Shown one piece after another: positions 8,822 to 17,935 of a stretch of DNA of 64,000 nucleotides. Each line of letters begins with the position of its first letter. Position 1 is the stretch's first letter. The notes below the pieces were generated by a model. The model did no database searches and was not told the origin of the DNA. It saw only the letters and a program-made list of their open reading frames with translations. The translations under genes and the position numbers were made by a program. Source of the stretch: Pseudobdellovibrionaceae bacterium (GTDB lineage: Bacteria; Bdellovibrionota; Bdellovibrionia; Bdellovibrionales; Bdellovibrionaceae); NCBI GenBank assembly GCA_043757515.1, contig JAYVPD010000012.1:1658-65657 (forward strand), written 5' to 3'.

Positions 8822-9514
8822 ATGACGGTCGAATATCCGTGTCCTCAGTGTGGCGCGAACATTTTATTTACTACATCGTTTTCCGTTTCTAGTGTTTGTG
8901 CTTATTGTCATTCATTGGTTGTTAGGAATGATCAAAATTTAGAATTGTTAGGTAAAGAGTCTATTTTGCAAGATGAGATGAATCCGATTCAACTGGGGAC
9001 TCGTGGTCGATTTATGGATACGGGAGTTACTGTTCTTGGTGGGGTTCGATTGAATCATCATGAAGGATTTTGGCAGGAATGGTATTTGCAACTCGACAAG
9101 CCGATTTTAAATTCTCGTTATGCTTGGCTTGCGCAGGCTCAAGGGGAATATCAGTTTTTGTTTGAACCTGTTGAGATGCCGGCTCTTTGGCCAAAACAGT
9201 TAGATGTGGGTGAAACGGTTTCTGTTTCTGAATCAGTGGCTAAAAAGCTTGAAACGTGGTCAAAATCTTTAGCCAAAAATACAAAAGCATTTCAAGTAGT
9301 AGATTCTAGGACGGCTCAAATGACTCATTTTCTTGGGCAGTTGCCTTGGAAGCCAGATAAAAATCGTAAGCGAACGGTTGCTGAATTGGCTTCGACTGAC
9401 GATGCAAAACTTACCGTAGAGCTTGGCGATGCTGTCAGTTTTATTTATTTTGGACGAGTTATGAATTTTGAAGATTTTAAATTTCAAAATTTAAAAGAGA
9501 TTAAAGGATGGTAA
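8822..9514 (+). CDS. zinc-ribbon + DUF4178 domain protein
   Basis: 230 aa. N-terminal CPQCG...CAYCH ribbon, followed by QLGTRGRF...GFWQEWYLQLD...YAWLAQAQGEY, typical of DUF4178. Confidence 0.6.
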   Translation: MTVEYPCPQCGANILFTTSFSVSSVCAYCHSLVVRNDQNLELLGKESILQDEMNPIQLGTRGRFMDTGVTVLGGVRLNHHEGFWQEWYLQLDKPILNSRYAWLAQAQGEYQFLFEPVEMPALWPKQLDVGETVSVSESVAKKLETWSKSLAKNTKAFQVVDSRTAQMTHFLGQLPWKPDKNRKRTVAELASTDDAKLTVELGDAVSFIYFGRVMNFEDFKFQNLKEIKGW

Positions 9515-10794
9515 AAGCCGTCACGTGTCCTTCCTGCGGCGGGACGGTCACGATTAAATTTGCGGAAACAAGTCTAAGCTGTGTTTGTCCCAGTTGTTTG
9601 ACTGTTCTTTCTAGTGACGACGAATCTGTTAAAATTTTAGTAAAAGCACAAAAGAAATGGGCTTTGCCAACTATTAAATTGGGCCAGCGATATAATTTTA
9701 GAGGACAAGACTGGGAAGCGATAGGCTATCTTTTACGAAGTGATAAGACAGAAGACTACAAATGGACCGAATACCTTTTATTTAACCCATATGTCGGCTA
9801 TCGATTTTTAGTTTGCATGGATGGACATTGGACTTACGTAACCAAGACAAAATCTGCGCCTGAGGTGGATTCGCTTTTAAGTGTCGCTCGTTATTTGGGT
9901 AAAACGTATAAACTATTTAATAAAGGGCAGGTTAAAACTCTGTTTGTTCTTGGTGAGTTTTACTGGAAGATTAAAGCCAATGAAGTCGTCTACAGCGAAG
10001 ACTATGTGAGCCCGCCTGAAATGTTGTCCTTAGAAAAAGACGCGGACGAACAGATTTGGTCTTTGGGGGACTATGTCAGCCGGGCAGATGTTGAAAAAGC
10101 ATTTAAGCTTCAAGGCTTGATGCCCTTAGATATTGGTGTATCGCCACACCAGCCATCGCCCCATCAAGATTCTAAAAAAGTTAAAATGTATTTGAGTTAT
10201 CTAGTGTCCATTTTATTTGTCATTCAATTTATAATTCTGGTGGGTTCACACCGGACTGAAATACTAAATCAAACATACGATACGCCAATTCCTAAAGGTT
10301 ATAAAGTAACAACACCTTCGTTTACGGTGGACGACAAATCGGGTTATATTGAATCGCGCTTGATTGCCGGAGTAAATAACAATTGGTTCGAAGTTCTGGC
10401 CGAAGTCGTAAATGAAGATAGTGAAAGTGACGAAGATTATGAATACGATCAAGGGGTTGAATACTATACAGGGTATGATTCGGACGGCAGTTGGTCCGAA
10501 GGGTCGCGTGATACCGATCGAAGAATTGCAAAATTGCCACCAGGGCGATATCATTTGAATCTGACCACAGATGCTGGCGCTAACAGTGCTGTTCAGTTTT
10601 CCCTTGTGCTAAGTCAGGGTAATACGTCTTGGGGAAATTTTTTCTTGGCCATATTTCTAGTTTGTCTTTATCCAATTTATTATATTTTTAGATCAAATCG
10701 GTTTGAAAAAGAACGCTGGGCGCAAAGTGATCTGTCGCCCTATTGGAAAGAGCAAGGGTTGCCAAAATCTTGGAGCAGTTTAAATGATGATTAA
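9508..10794 (+). CDS. zinc-ribbon + DUF4178 domain membrane protein
   Basis: 428 aa. CPSCGG...CPSC ribbon. LGQRYNFRGQDWEAIGYLLRSDKTEDYKWTEYLLFNPYVGYRFL matches the DUF4178 signature. Two TM helices. Its start overlaps the upstream stop by 7 nt. Confidence 0.65.
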   Translation: MVKAVTCPSCGGTVTIKFAETSLSCVCPSCLTVLSSDDESVKILVKAQKKWALPTIKLGQRYNFRGQDWEAIGYLLRSDKTEDYKWTEYLLFNPYVGYRFLVCMDGHWTYVTKTKSAPEVDSLLSVARYLGKTYKLFNKGQVKTLFVLGEFYWKIKANEVVYSEDYVSPPEMLSLEKDADEQIWSLGDYVSRADVEKAFKLQGLMPLDIGVSPHQPSPHQDSKKVKMYLSYLVSILFVIQFIILVGSHRTEILNQTYDTPIPKGYKVTTPSFTVDDKSGYIESRLIAGVNNNWFEVLAEVVNEDSESDEDYEYDQGVEYYTGYDSDGSWSEGSRDTDRRIAKLPPGRYHLNLTTDAGANSAVQFSLVLSQGNTSWGNFFLAIFLVCLYPIYYIFRSNRFEKERWAQSDLSPYWKEQGLPKSWSSLNDD

Positions 10795-10924
10795 AGGGTA
10801 TTTAGTTTATGGTTTTTTAGTAGTGCTTATTTATTCCTACATTAGTTTTGTGGGAATGAGTTATTATGATTTTGTTTCGGGTAAAAGTTTTCAAGCGGCG
10901 GGAAAAACGTTTCAACATAAATAA
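10784..10924 (+). CDS. possible 46-aa single-TM small protein (not in the ORF track, <60 aa)
   Basis: Own translation: MMIKGYLVYGFLVVLIYSYISFVGMSYYDFVSGKSFQAAGKTFQHK*. The start overlaps the preceding stop (ATGATGATTAA). It fills the gap before the DUF350 gene. Confidence 0.35.
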   Translation: MMIKGYLVYGFLVVLIYSYISFVGMSYYDFVSGKSFQAAGKTFQHK

Positions 10925-10941
10925 TTGAATAGGAGTTAGAA

Positions 10942-11166
10942 ATGGACATGGAAGTGTTTATCAATATTAAAAATATCGTAAATGCCTTGGTGTATTCACT
11001 AATGGGTATTTTAATTTTAGGGTTTTCATTTTTTCTTTTCGATAAAATCACCCCCGGAAATATGTGGAAAGAAGTCGTTGAAGAAAAAAATGTAGCACTG
11101 GCAATAACTGTTGGAGCCATGACTATCGCCATGGCCTTGATTATTTCTAGCGGCATTCACGGTTAG
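10942..11166 (+). CDS. DUF350 (YjfL-like) small membrane protein
   Basis: 74 aa with two TM helices. The KITPGNMWKEVVEEKNVALAITVGAMTIAMALII pattern is typical of DUF350. An AGGAG RBS lies upstream. Confidence 0.7.
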   Translation: MDMEVFINIKNIVNALVYSLMGILILGFSFFLFDKITPGNMWKEVVEEKNVALAITVGAMTIAMALIISSGIHG

Positions 11167-11168
11167 CC

Positions 11169-12683
11169 ATGACCTATCTATTGTTATTTTCTGTATTCGT
11201 GGTGGCAACCTGTGGGTTAATTTATGAATTGATTACCGGGGCCTTAGCTAGCTATTTATTGGGCGATTCAGTTACCCAGTTTTCTACAATCATTGGAACT
11301 TATTTGTTTGCGATGGGTGTGGGTTCTTTTTTTTCAAAATTCTTTAATAAAAACTTACTGAACGTATTTATTGAAATTGAAATGATCATCGGGGTTGTCG
11401 GTGGCTTTTCGGCTGCCTTTTTGTTTTTTTCATTTGAGTACGCCACGTCCTTTCGATTTATTTTATATGCGGTGATTTTTGTGATCGGATGTTTTGTTGG
11501 GCTTGAAATTCCTTTATTAATGAGGATATTAAAAGATCGTTTTGAATTTAAAGACTTAGTTTCTAAAATTTTCACTTTTGATTATATCGGCGCACTGATT
11601 GCATCGATTTCGTTTCCTTTGCTTTTGGTGCCTTATTTGGGACTTGTCCGATCGGCCTTACTGTTTGGAATTTTTAATATTTCCGTAGCTTTGGCCACAG
11701 TGCTTGTATTTCGTAATGAAATCAAATCGGAAAGGTATTTGCGGTTTAAGGCCATTGTCATTTTGGTCGTGATGGCTGTGTCGTTTGGCTTTTCTGAAAA
11801 ACTGGTTAATTTTCTGGAAGTTCAAAACTATCGAGAACGAATTATATTTAAAAAAACAACGGCGTATCAGAAGATTGTATTAACCCAGGGTAGCGGCGAG
11901 ATGAAATTGTTTCTAAATGGAAATTTGCAATTTAGTTCCAAAGACGAATATCGCTATCATGAAAGTCTGGTTCATGTGGGAATGTCGCGGTTAGCAAATC
12001 CAAAGACGGTTTTGATTTTAGGTGGCGGGGATGGATTGGCGGCCAGAGAAGTATTGAAATACCCTTCGGTTGAAAAGATTTTACTTGTCGACCTCGATGC
12101 ACAAATGACCCATTTGTTTAGGACAAATCCGATTCTGCTCGAACTGAACCAGGGATCTTTGAATCACCCTAAAATGGAAGTTTTAAATCAGGACGCGTTT
12201 GTTTGGATTAAGAATAATCAAAAGCGGTTTGATTTTGTAATTGTTGATTTTCCAGATCCCTCGCAATTTGCCCTAGGGAAGCTGTATTCTAGAACGTTTT
12301 ATAGTTACATGGCTTCTGCCATAGGACCAGAGGGCTTGATTGCTGTTCAAAGTACCTCGCCCTATGTTGCTAAAAAGTCTTTTCAAATTATTGTGAATAC
12401 ATTGAATGATGTGGATTTATTTACAAAGCCCTATCATGTTTATGTTCCATCATTTGGTGAGTGGGGCTATGTTTTAGCTGGCAAAAAATCGCTTGAAGTT
12501 TCTGGGTTAAAATTGGCATTGCCCAGTGGTTTGCAGTTTTTAACTGACGAAATGGTTCCTTATTTGTATCAATTTAGCAAAGATTTGCTGGCTGACACCA
12601 AAGAAGTGAATAGATTAAATAATCAAGTATTGGTTAGAACGTTTGAACAAGAGTGGGAACAATACAATCAACATGAAAACTGA
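11169..12683 (+). CDS. membrane-bound spermidine-synthase-like polyamine aminopropyltransferase
   Basis: 504 aa. About 7 N-terminal TM helices, then a SpeE fold with LILGGGDGLAAREVLKYPSVEKILLVDLD and VIVDFPDP motifs. Confidence 0.8.
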   Translation: MTYLLLFSVFVVATCGLIYELITGALASYLLGDSVTQFSTIIGTYLFAMGVGSFFSKFFNKNLLNVFIEIEMIIGVVGGFSAAFLFFSFEYATSFRFILYAVIFVIGCFVGLEIPLLMRILKDRFEFKDLVSKIFTFDYIGALIASISFPLLLVPYLGLVRSALLFGIFNISVALATVLVFRNEIKSERYLRFKAIVILVVMAVSFGFSEKLVNFLEVQNYRERIIFKKTTAYQKIVLTQGSGEMKLFLNGNLQFSSKDEYRYHESLVHVGMSRLANPKTVLILGGGDGLAAREVLKYPSVEKILLVDLDAQMTHLFRTNPILLELNQGSLNHPKMEVLNQDAFVWIKNNQKRFDFVIVDFPDPSQFALGKLYSRTFYSYMASAIGPEGLIAVQSTSPYVAKKSFQIIVNTLNDVDLFTKPYHVYVPSFGEWGYVLAGKKSLEVSGLKLALPSGLQFLTDEMVPYLYQFSKDLLADTKEVNRLNNQVLVRTFEQEWEQYNQHEN

Positions 12684-14289
12684 TCGGCGTGAGTTTTTAA
12701 AATATGGGCTAGCCACATCGTCTTTGTTTTTAGGATCTCTGTATGGAATTGAGAGCTTTAAAAAACTTCGAAAGGAGAGGCGTTATCAGGGGCAATGGAT
12801 TGAAAATTCCGGCCGGGGCCATCAATTGCGAAGTGCCATTAACCAGGCGGTAGCTCATTATTCAAATCAGCCGACATTGATAGTTGGCGGCGGTATGTCC
12901 GGCTTAGTGACTGGGTATTATTTGAAAAAAAATGGCGTCACAGATTTTAAAATTATTGAAATGAATACCGAAGCCGGTGGTAACTCATCCTATGGTGAAA
13001 ATTCCACTTCGAAGTACCCTTGGGGAGCTCATTATATTCCCCTTCCGAACAAAGAAAACAAAGATTTGGCAGAGTTTTTTAAGTCACTGGGTGTGGCTAT
13101 GCCTAGCGCCAAAGGCCTTGAATACAATGAAGAGTATTTATGCCAAGATCCCCAAGAACGTTTACTAATAAAAGGGGAATGGCAGGAAAGTCTTTTGCCG
13201 ACTAAGAATATTTCAGAAAATGACAGAGTAGAATTAGGCCGATTCCAAGATTTGGTTGATGATTTTAAATTTAAAAAAGGACGGGATGGAAAATTTGTTT
13301 TTTCAATCCCGGTTATGGGGTCAAGCCAGGATCCAGAGTTTCTAAAACTGGATTCGATTTCATTTCGTACGTTTCTAACTGAAAAGGGATTTCAGTCCGA
13401 CGTTTTCAATTGGTATGTCAATTATTGTACATTGGATGATTTTGGCATGGGTGCACAGTCTGTTTCGGCCTGGGCCGGCTTGCACTATTTTTGTTCAAGG
13501 CGACCGACAGATGATCATGACGATCATAAAATACTGACTTGGCCAGAAGGCAACGGTTGGGTTTTGCGAAAGTTAACAGAGGAGCTTAAGGATCACATTG
13601 AAATTAATCAGGCTGCAATAAAGATTGAATCAAAAGGCAACAAAGTTGAAAGCCAAATCTATAATTTTGAAACCAAAGAGATTACTCAATATGATTCAAA
13701 CAAGCTTGTATTTTCAGCTCCGCACTTTTTAATCCCTCATGTTTTTGTACAACAAAAAATGCGGGATCAGGTAACCCCCGATGATTACTATAGCTGGTTA
13801 GTTGCCAATATCACAGTCAAACTGACACGGGAACAACTGCGAAGTGTGCATTGGGACAATGTTCGCTTTCAATCAGAAAGTTTGGGCTACGTGAATGCCC
13901 GGCACCAAGAATTGCGCGCACGGGTGGATGATCAAACCGTGCTGACTTTGTATTGGCCTTTGTATGACAAGGATTTATCGGCCACAGACGTCCGAAAAAA
14001 AATCGCCACTTGGAAATGGAACGAATGGGCACCCAAAGTAGAATCAGAATTGGAATCCATGCATCCAGGAATTTCGCCATTTATTCAGGCAATGGACATT
14101 AAAATTCATGGGCATGCCATGATTGGGCCTAGAATAGGTCGAATGGCCAAAGTGTTTGAAAAGCATAATACAGAACCAGCAGATAAAAATATATTTTTTG
14201 CTCATACAGATAATTCCGGTATGTCATTGTTTGAAGAAGCACATTTTTGGGGACTCAAAACTGCAAAAGGCCTGCTAAGCAGTGTCTAG
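12673..14289 (+). CDS. Tat-exported FAD/NAD(P)-binding oxidoreductase (amine-oxidase-like)
   Basis: The ATG at 12673 gives MKTDRREFLKYGLATSSLFLGS, a twin-arginine signal. Dinucleotide-binding LIVGGGMSGLVTGYYL follows. The track ORF begins at an upstream TTG (12643). Confidence 0.75.
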   Translation: MKTDRREFLKYGLATSSLFLGSLYGIESFKKLRKERRYQGQWIENSGRGHQLRSAINQAVAHYSNQPTLIVGGGMSGLVTGYYLKKNGVTDFKIIEMNTEAGGNSSYGENSTSKYPWGAHYIPLPNKENKDLAEFFKSLGVAMPSAKGLEYNEEYLCQDPQERLLIKGEWQESLLPTKNISENDRVELGRFQDLVDDFKFKKGRDGKFVFSIPVMGSSQDPEFLKLDSISFRTFLTEKGFQSDVFNWYVNYCTLDDFGMGAQSVSAWAGLHYFCSRRPTDDHDDHKILTWPEGNGWVLRKLTEELKDHIEINQAAIKIESKGNKVESQIYNFETKEITQYDSNKLVFSAPHFLIPHVFVQQKMRDQVTPDDYYSWLVANITVKLTREQLRSVHWDNVRFQSESLGYVNARHQELRARVDDQTVLTLYWPLYDKDLSATDVRKKIATWKWNEWAPKVESELESMHPGISPFIQAMDIKIHGHAMIGPRIGRMAKVFEKHNTEPADKNIFFAHTDNSGMSLFEEAHFWGLKTAKGLLSSV

Positions 14290-15358
14290 TAATACGGGAC
14301 GTTTTTGGATTCGATCACCTACCTATGATTCCGTTTGGATCATTGGACCCCATTTTTATTCGATACTATTGGCAATTGCCATTTACCCAATTGTGAAAGA
14401 TTGGGATTCGATGCCGCTATGGATTTGGTTTGTTCTAGTGGTCGGTATCGATGTTTCCCATGTGTACTCTACGGTGTTTCGTGTTTATCTGGATAAAGTG
14501 GAACGGCAGCGGTATCAAATTATTGGATGGCTGATTCCATTGGGTGTTTGGATTGTTGGAGTTGTAGCCTATTCGCTTTCGGCCGTGCTTTTTTGGCGGG
14601 GCCTTGCTTATCTTGCCGTTTTTCATTTTATTCGCCAGCAATATGGTTTTACTAGAATTTATTCAGGGGTCAGTAACAGCCGATCGTGGCTGTTTAAAGT
14701 TTTCAATCAATATGCAATTTATTTTGTAACAGTTTTGCCAGTTTTAATTTGGCATTTTAGCGGGCCTAAACGATTCAATTGGTTTATTGAAAAGGATTTC
14801 TTCTATTTTAAATCCGAGCTGGTTTTGTCTATTTTGAATTACAGCTTACTATTGGCAATGGCCATCTATGTCGCTACCGAGGTTCAAGAAACTTTGGGAA
14901 CTAGACAAATTAATTGGCCTAAAAACGGTCTCTATTTGGGAACAGTGTTAGTTTGGTATTTGGGCATAGTGTATTTCGACAATGACATAATATTCTCGCT
15001 GACCAATGTGGTGGCCCATGGAGTTCCTTACATTGCGTTGATTTGGAGTTACAAACGACGGAAGCAGCGAAGCTACGATTTTAGATTTTTAAAAGCAAAT
15101 AACATTCTCATTTTTTTAGGATGTTTATTTCTATTTGCGTATGTCGAAGAATTTTTTTGGGCTGCGTTTGTTTGGAATGAACATTTGCCCGCCTTTTTCT
15201 TAAATCGAACCCACGTTAATTTTGTGGTAAGCCCATTGTTGATGACCTATGTAGTTCCCCTGTTAGCAGTGCCGCAGGGGACACACTATATTTTGGATGC
15301 TTTTATTTGGAAAATCAGGGACATTAATCGAAATCAGTGGACCACCGAAGGGGCGTAA
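14282..15358 (+). CDS. polytopic membrane protein of unknown function with conserved His motifs
   Basis: 358 aa with about 9 hydrophobic segments. His-containing motifs: DVSHVYS, FHFIRQQYGF, VAHGVPY, GTHYILD. It overlaps the upstream stop by 8 nt. Confidence 0.55.
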   Translation: MSSNTGRFWIRSPTYDSVWIIGPHFYSILLAIAIYPIVKDWDSMPLWIWFVLVVGIDVSHVYSTVFRVYLDKVERQRYQIIGWLIPLGVWIVGVVAYSLSAVLFWRGLAYLAVFHFIRQQYGFTRIYSGVSNSRSWLFKVFNQYAIYFVTVLPVLIWHFSGPKRFNWFIEKDFFYFKSELVLSILNYSLLLAMAIYVATEVQETLGTRQINWPKNGLYLGTVLVWYLGIVYFDNDIIFSLTNVVAHGVPYIALIWSYKRRKQRSYDFRFLKANNILIFLGCLFLFAYVEEFFWAAFVWNEHLPAFFLNRTHVNFVVSPLLMTYVVPLLAVPQGTHYILDAFIWKIRDINRNQWTTEGA

Positions 15359-15359
15359 T

Positions 15360-16193
15360 ATGGATATTAAACAAAATGTTTCGAAGCTTAGCTTTTTATT
15401 TATTTGCTTGGTAGTTACTATGCTCTTTGTTGGTACGTGCGTATTGATTACAACAGTTTCGTTTGGAATTAATCCTTTTAAGTCAGAAACCACGGCGTTT
15501 TTGTCATTAAGTTTTTTCTCGATGATTGGGATGTCCGTCGTTGCGCTTATGCTTAACGTAGCTGCGAATTTAAGTCTGATTGCAGAAGGCAGAACTGGCG
15601 ATACCAGTGTAAAAGCCAAAAGTTTTACGGACTCGAAAAAGATCTTGAAACTGTGGACAATCGGAACTGGGGCAACGACTGCGGGGCTAATAATTTTAAT
15701 TCTAGTTCTGAATTTGGCCTCTGAAAGTCGTAAGTTTAAGATGATGGAAGATCTATCAAATGAAGTCTTATCCGGAAACAAAGGGCTCGTTGAAAAGTTG
15801 GCCGGGGATTTAAAGGCGGGAACCATCGAGAGGTTATCTGAAATTCCAAAAAAGTTAGAGTTTTTGAAAAAGCAACGGCAAGATTTACCTGAACTGGTTT
15901 TGATTTTTTCCGAAGATTTTGAAGGGCAACGGGCCTATCGAGTTATAAATTCTTGGAACTTTAGCCCGTTAACCAAAGAGAATTCAAAGTATCCATTCTA
16001 TTCCTGCACTAAAGATGTCGACTGTGAAAAATTGAAATCCTTTTTTGAAGCGGGCGGAATGCAAAAGTTTTCAGTGAAACAAAATGGGCTTGATGAATAC
16101 TCGGTTTATTTTCCTTATGAAATAAATGGAACTCGATTTATTTTGATGTTTAACAAAGGTATTCGATTTGGCTCGGTTGGAAAATATGAATAA
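15360..16193 (+). CDS. membrane protein, unknown function
   Basis: The ATG at 15360 lies immediately after the upstream stop and gives MDIKQNVSKLSFLFICLVV... There are 4 TM segments and a soluble C-terminal domain. No family was recognised. Confidence 0.5.
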   Translation: MDIKQNVSKLSFLFICLVVTMLFVGTCVLITTVSFGINPFKSETTAFLSLSFFSMIGMSVVALMLNVAANLSLIAEGRTGDTSVKAKSFTDSKKILKLWTIGTGATTAGLIILILVLNLASESRKFKMMEDLSNEVLSGNKGLVEKLAGDLKAGTIERLSEIPKKLEFLKKQRQDLPELVLIFSEDFEGQRAYRVINSWNFSPLTKENSKYPFYSCTKDVDCEKLKSFFEAGGMQKFSVKQNGLDEYSVYFPYEINGTRFILMFNKGIRFGSVGKYE

Positions 16194-16899
16194 CAAAGAC
16201 GAGGCCTTGGAAAAGAAATTAGCTTTGGTTCAGCAGGCCTATATTCAAAAAAATCAAAAAGCCATCATAGTTTTAGAAGGCGTCGATGCTGCAGGCAAGG
16301 GTGGTTTGATTCGGCGATTGGCGTGGTCTATGGATCCCCGGGCATTGAAAGTTTGGCCAATTGGTGCGCCGAATGAAATGGAAAAGCACGCTCACTATTT
16401 ATCACGCTTTTGGGCCCGACTGCCTGGTCCCGGCGAAATCGCCGTCTTTGATCGGTCCTGGTATGGACGTGTTTTAGTCGAACGGATTGAAGGTCTGATT
16501 GATGATAAAACCAGAGACCGCGCCTATACTGAAATAAATGAATTTGAAAAAATGTTAGTCGATGATTCAGTTAGGGTTATAAAATTACTATTGAGAATTA
16601 GTAAAAAAGAGCAGTCCAAACGACTTGTCCAAAGGCTTGAAGACCCCGAGAAAAATTGGAAGCTGACCTTTGATGACATTAGAAACCGTGATCGATGGCA
16701 AGACTATGAAAAAGCTTACAATAAAATGGTTTTAAGGACCTCTAAGAAGCATTCCCAATGGAAAGTGATTGAATCTGATGAAAAAGATGAAGCTCGTGAA
16801 ATGGCAATCAATTATTTGACAAAAGAATTGTCCCGCGGGCTGTCACTGAAGCCGGTCCCAGTTTCTGAGAAGCTAAAAAAACTAATTAAAAAAATATAG
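16186..16899 (+). CDS. polyphosphate kinase 2 (PPK2) family protein
   Basis: Walker A VLEGVDAAGKGGLIRRL and FDRSWYGRVLVERIEG are typical of single-domain PPK2. ATG 16186 is preferred over the TTG at 16168. Confidence 0.85.
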   Translation: MNNKDEALEKKLALVQQAYIQKNQKAIIVLEGVDAAGKGGLIRRLAWSMDPRALKVWPIGAPNEMEKHAHYLSRFWARLPGPGEIAVFDRSWYGRVLVERIEGLIDDKTRDRAYTEINEFEKMLVDDSVRVIKLLLRISKKEQSKRLVQRLEDPEKNWKLTFDDIRNRDRWQDYEKAYNKMVLRTSKKHSQWKVIESDEKDEAREMAINYLTKELSRGLSLKPVPVSEKLKKLIKKI

Positions 16900-16993
16900 A
16901 TTCGGCGCGCTGAATCAAAGATTGATGGAAATGTCTTGTTATAAAAGATTATTTTTTTGAACCTTTTGTCCTTTCAGTTGTTTAATACTCTAG

Positions 16994-17536
16994 ATGACCA
17001 ACTTTAAAGACCATGACCTTTATGAGATGCTTGTTACCTCTGAAAAGGAAGCGGCCTTTCGTTGTCTTTATGAGCGGCATTCGGGGGGGGTATTTCGATT
17101 CTTGTACCGGTTTACGCTGAATTCCCAACTGGCTGAAGAGCTACTTCAAGATATCTTCATCGAGCTTCTGGAAAGTCGGTTGGATAAAACAGCCGAGATC
17201 AATGTCAAAGCCTGGTTATTCACTCTGGCAAAAAATAAAAGTTTGAACCTTTTGAAAAAAATGTCTCATGAAACAAAAAATGATCGAGCAATTTTGGCGG
17301 CGGTCTCAAGCGAGGACGCAGAGGCTGTTGTGGTCGGAGACGACCTTTTGCGGCGATTAGCTAGGTTAGAACCCCATTTACCTGCAGATTTGCAACAAAC
17401 CTGGTCACTTAGAAAAGATGGATTGGACTATAAAGAGATCGCAGAAATGCTTTCTATACCCATCGGCACTGTAAAGTCACGTTTAAGCCGATTGGTTGAA
17501 TTTTTAAGCCGAGAATTTAAAGGAGTCGAAAAATGA
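16994..17536 (+). CDS. ECF (sigma-70 family) RNA polymerase sigma factor
   Basis: 180 aa. Region 2 (FRCLYERHSGGVFRFLYRF) and region 4 HTH (YKEIAEMLSIPIGTVKSRLSR). Confidence 0.85.
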   Translation: MTNFKDHDLYEMLVTSEKEAAFRCLYERHSGGVFRFLYRFTLNSQLAEELLQDIFIELLESRLDKTAEINVKAWLFTLAKNKSLNLLKKMSHETKNDRAILAAVSSEDAEAVVVGDDLLRRLARLEPHLPADLQQTWSLRKDGLDYKEIAEMLSIPIGTVKSRLSRLVEFLSREFKGVEK

Positions 17537-17922
17537 ATTTTGAACTGAATGAGAAAGTTAAATCTCTGCTGAGACCGTTTTATTTTGGGTCAATCGCAGA
17601 GGACCAGAGGATTCTAGTAGAACAACAGCTGCTTCTGGATTCCGAAGTTCTTCTTGATTATTTAGATTTGAAGCGATCGCTCGAGGCGGCGCCAGTAATT
17701 CCCGCTGTTCCGTCGCCCGCTGTTTGGCTCAAGGTTCGCGAACGAGTCGTCACTGGCAGGCGATTGTTTGTTTCATTGTCATTTGGAGCCGCTGCCGTTA
17801 TTGCCCTAGTGGTATTTTTATTCAAATCAACGCCGACAGAAATAAAGTCAGAAGATCAAAACAAGACTGAAATTTTATTTGATTCTTTCCGTGAACATTC
17901 TATGAATTCAAATGTTCTATAA
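17533..17922 (+). CDS. putative anti-sigma factor (single TM)
   Basis: 129 aa. 4-nt overlap with the sigma gene. Central TM helix (LFVSLSFGAAAVIALVVFLF). The assignment rests on position. Confidence 0.5.
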   Translation: MNFELNEKVKSLLRPFYFGSIAEDQRILVEQQLLLDSEVLLDYLDLKRSLEAAPVIPAVPSPAVWLKVRERVVTGRRLFVSLSFGAAAVIALVVFLFKSTPTEIKSEDQNKTEILFDSFREHSMNSNVL

Positions 17923-17935
17923 GCAGGAGTTAACA

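Noticed and set aside
16951-16993. Possible ECF autoregulatory promoter (TGAACC...TTAATA) upstream of the sigma gene
   Set aside because: The GAAC element is present, but no convincing CGT-type -10 element lies at the right spacing, and the site is only ~30 nt from the start codon. The evidence is insufficient.
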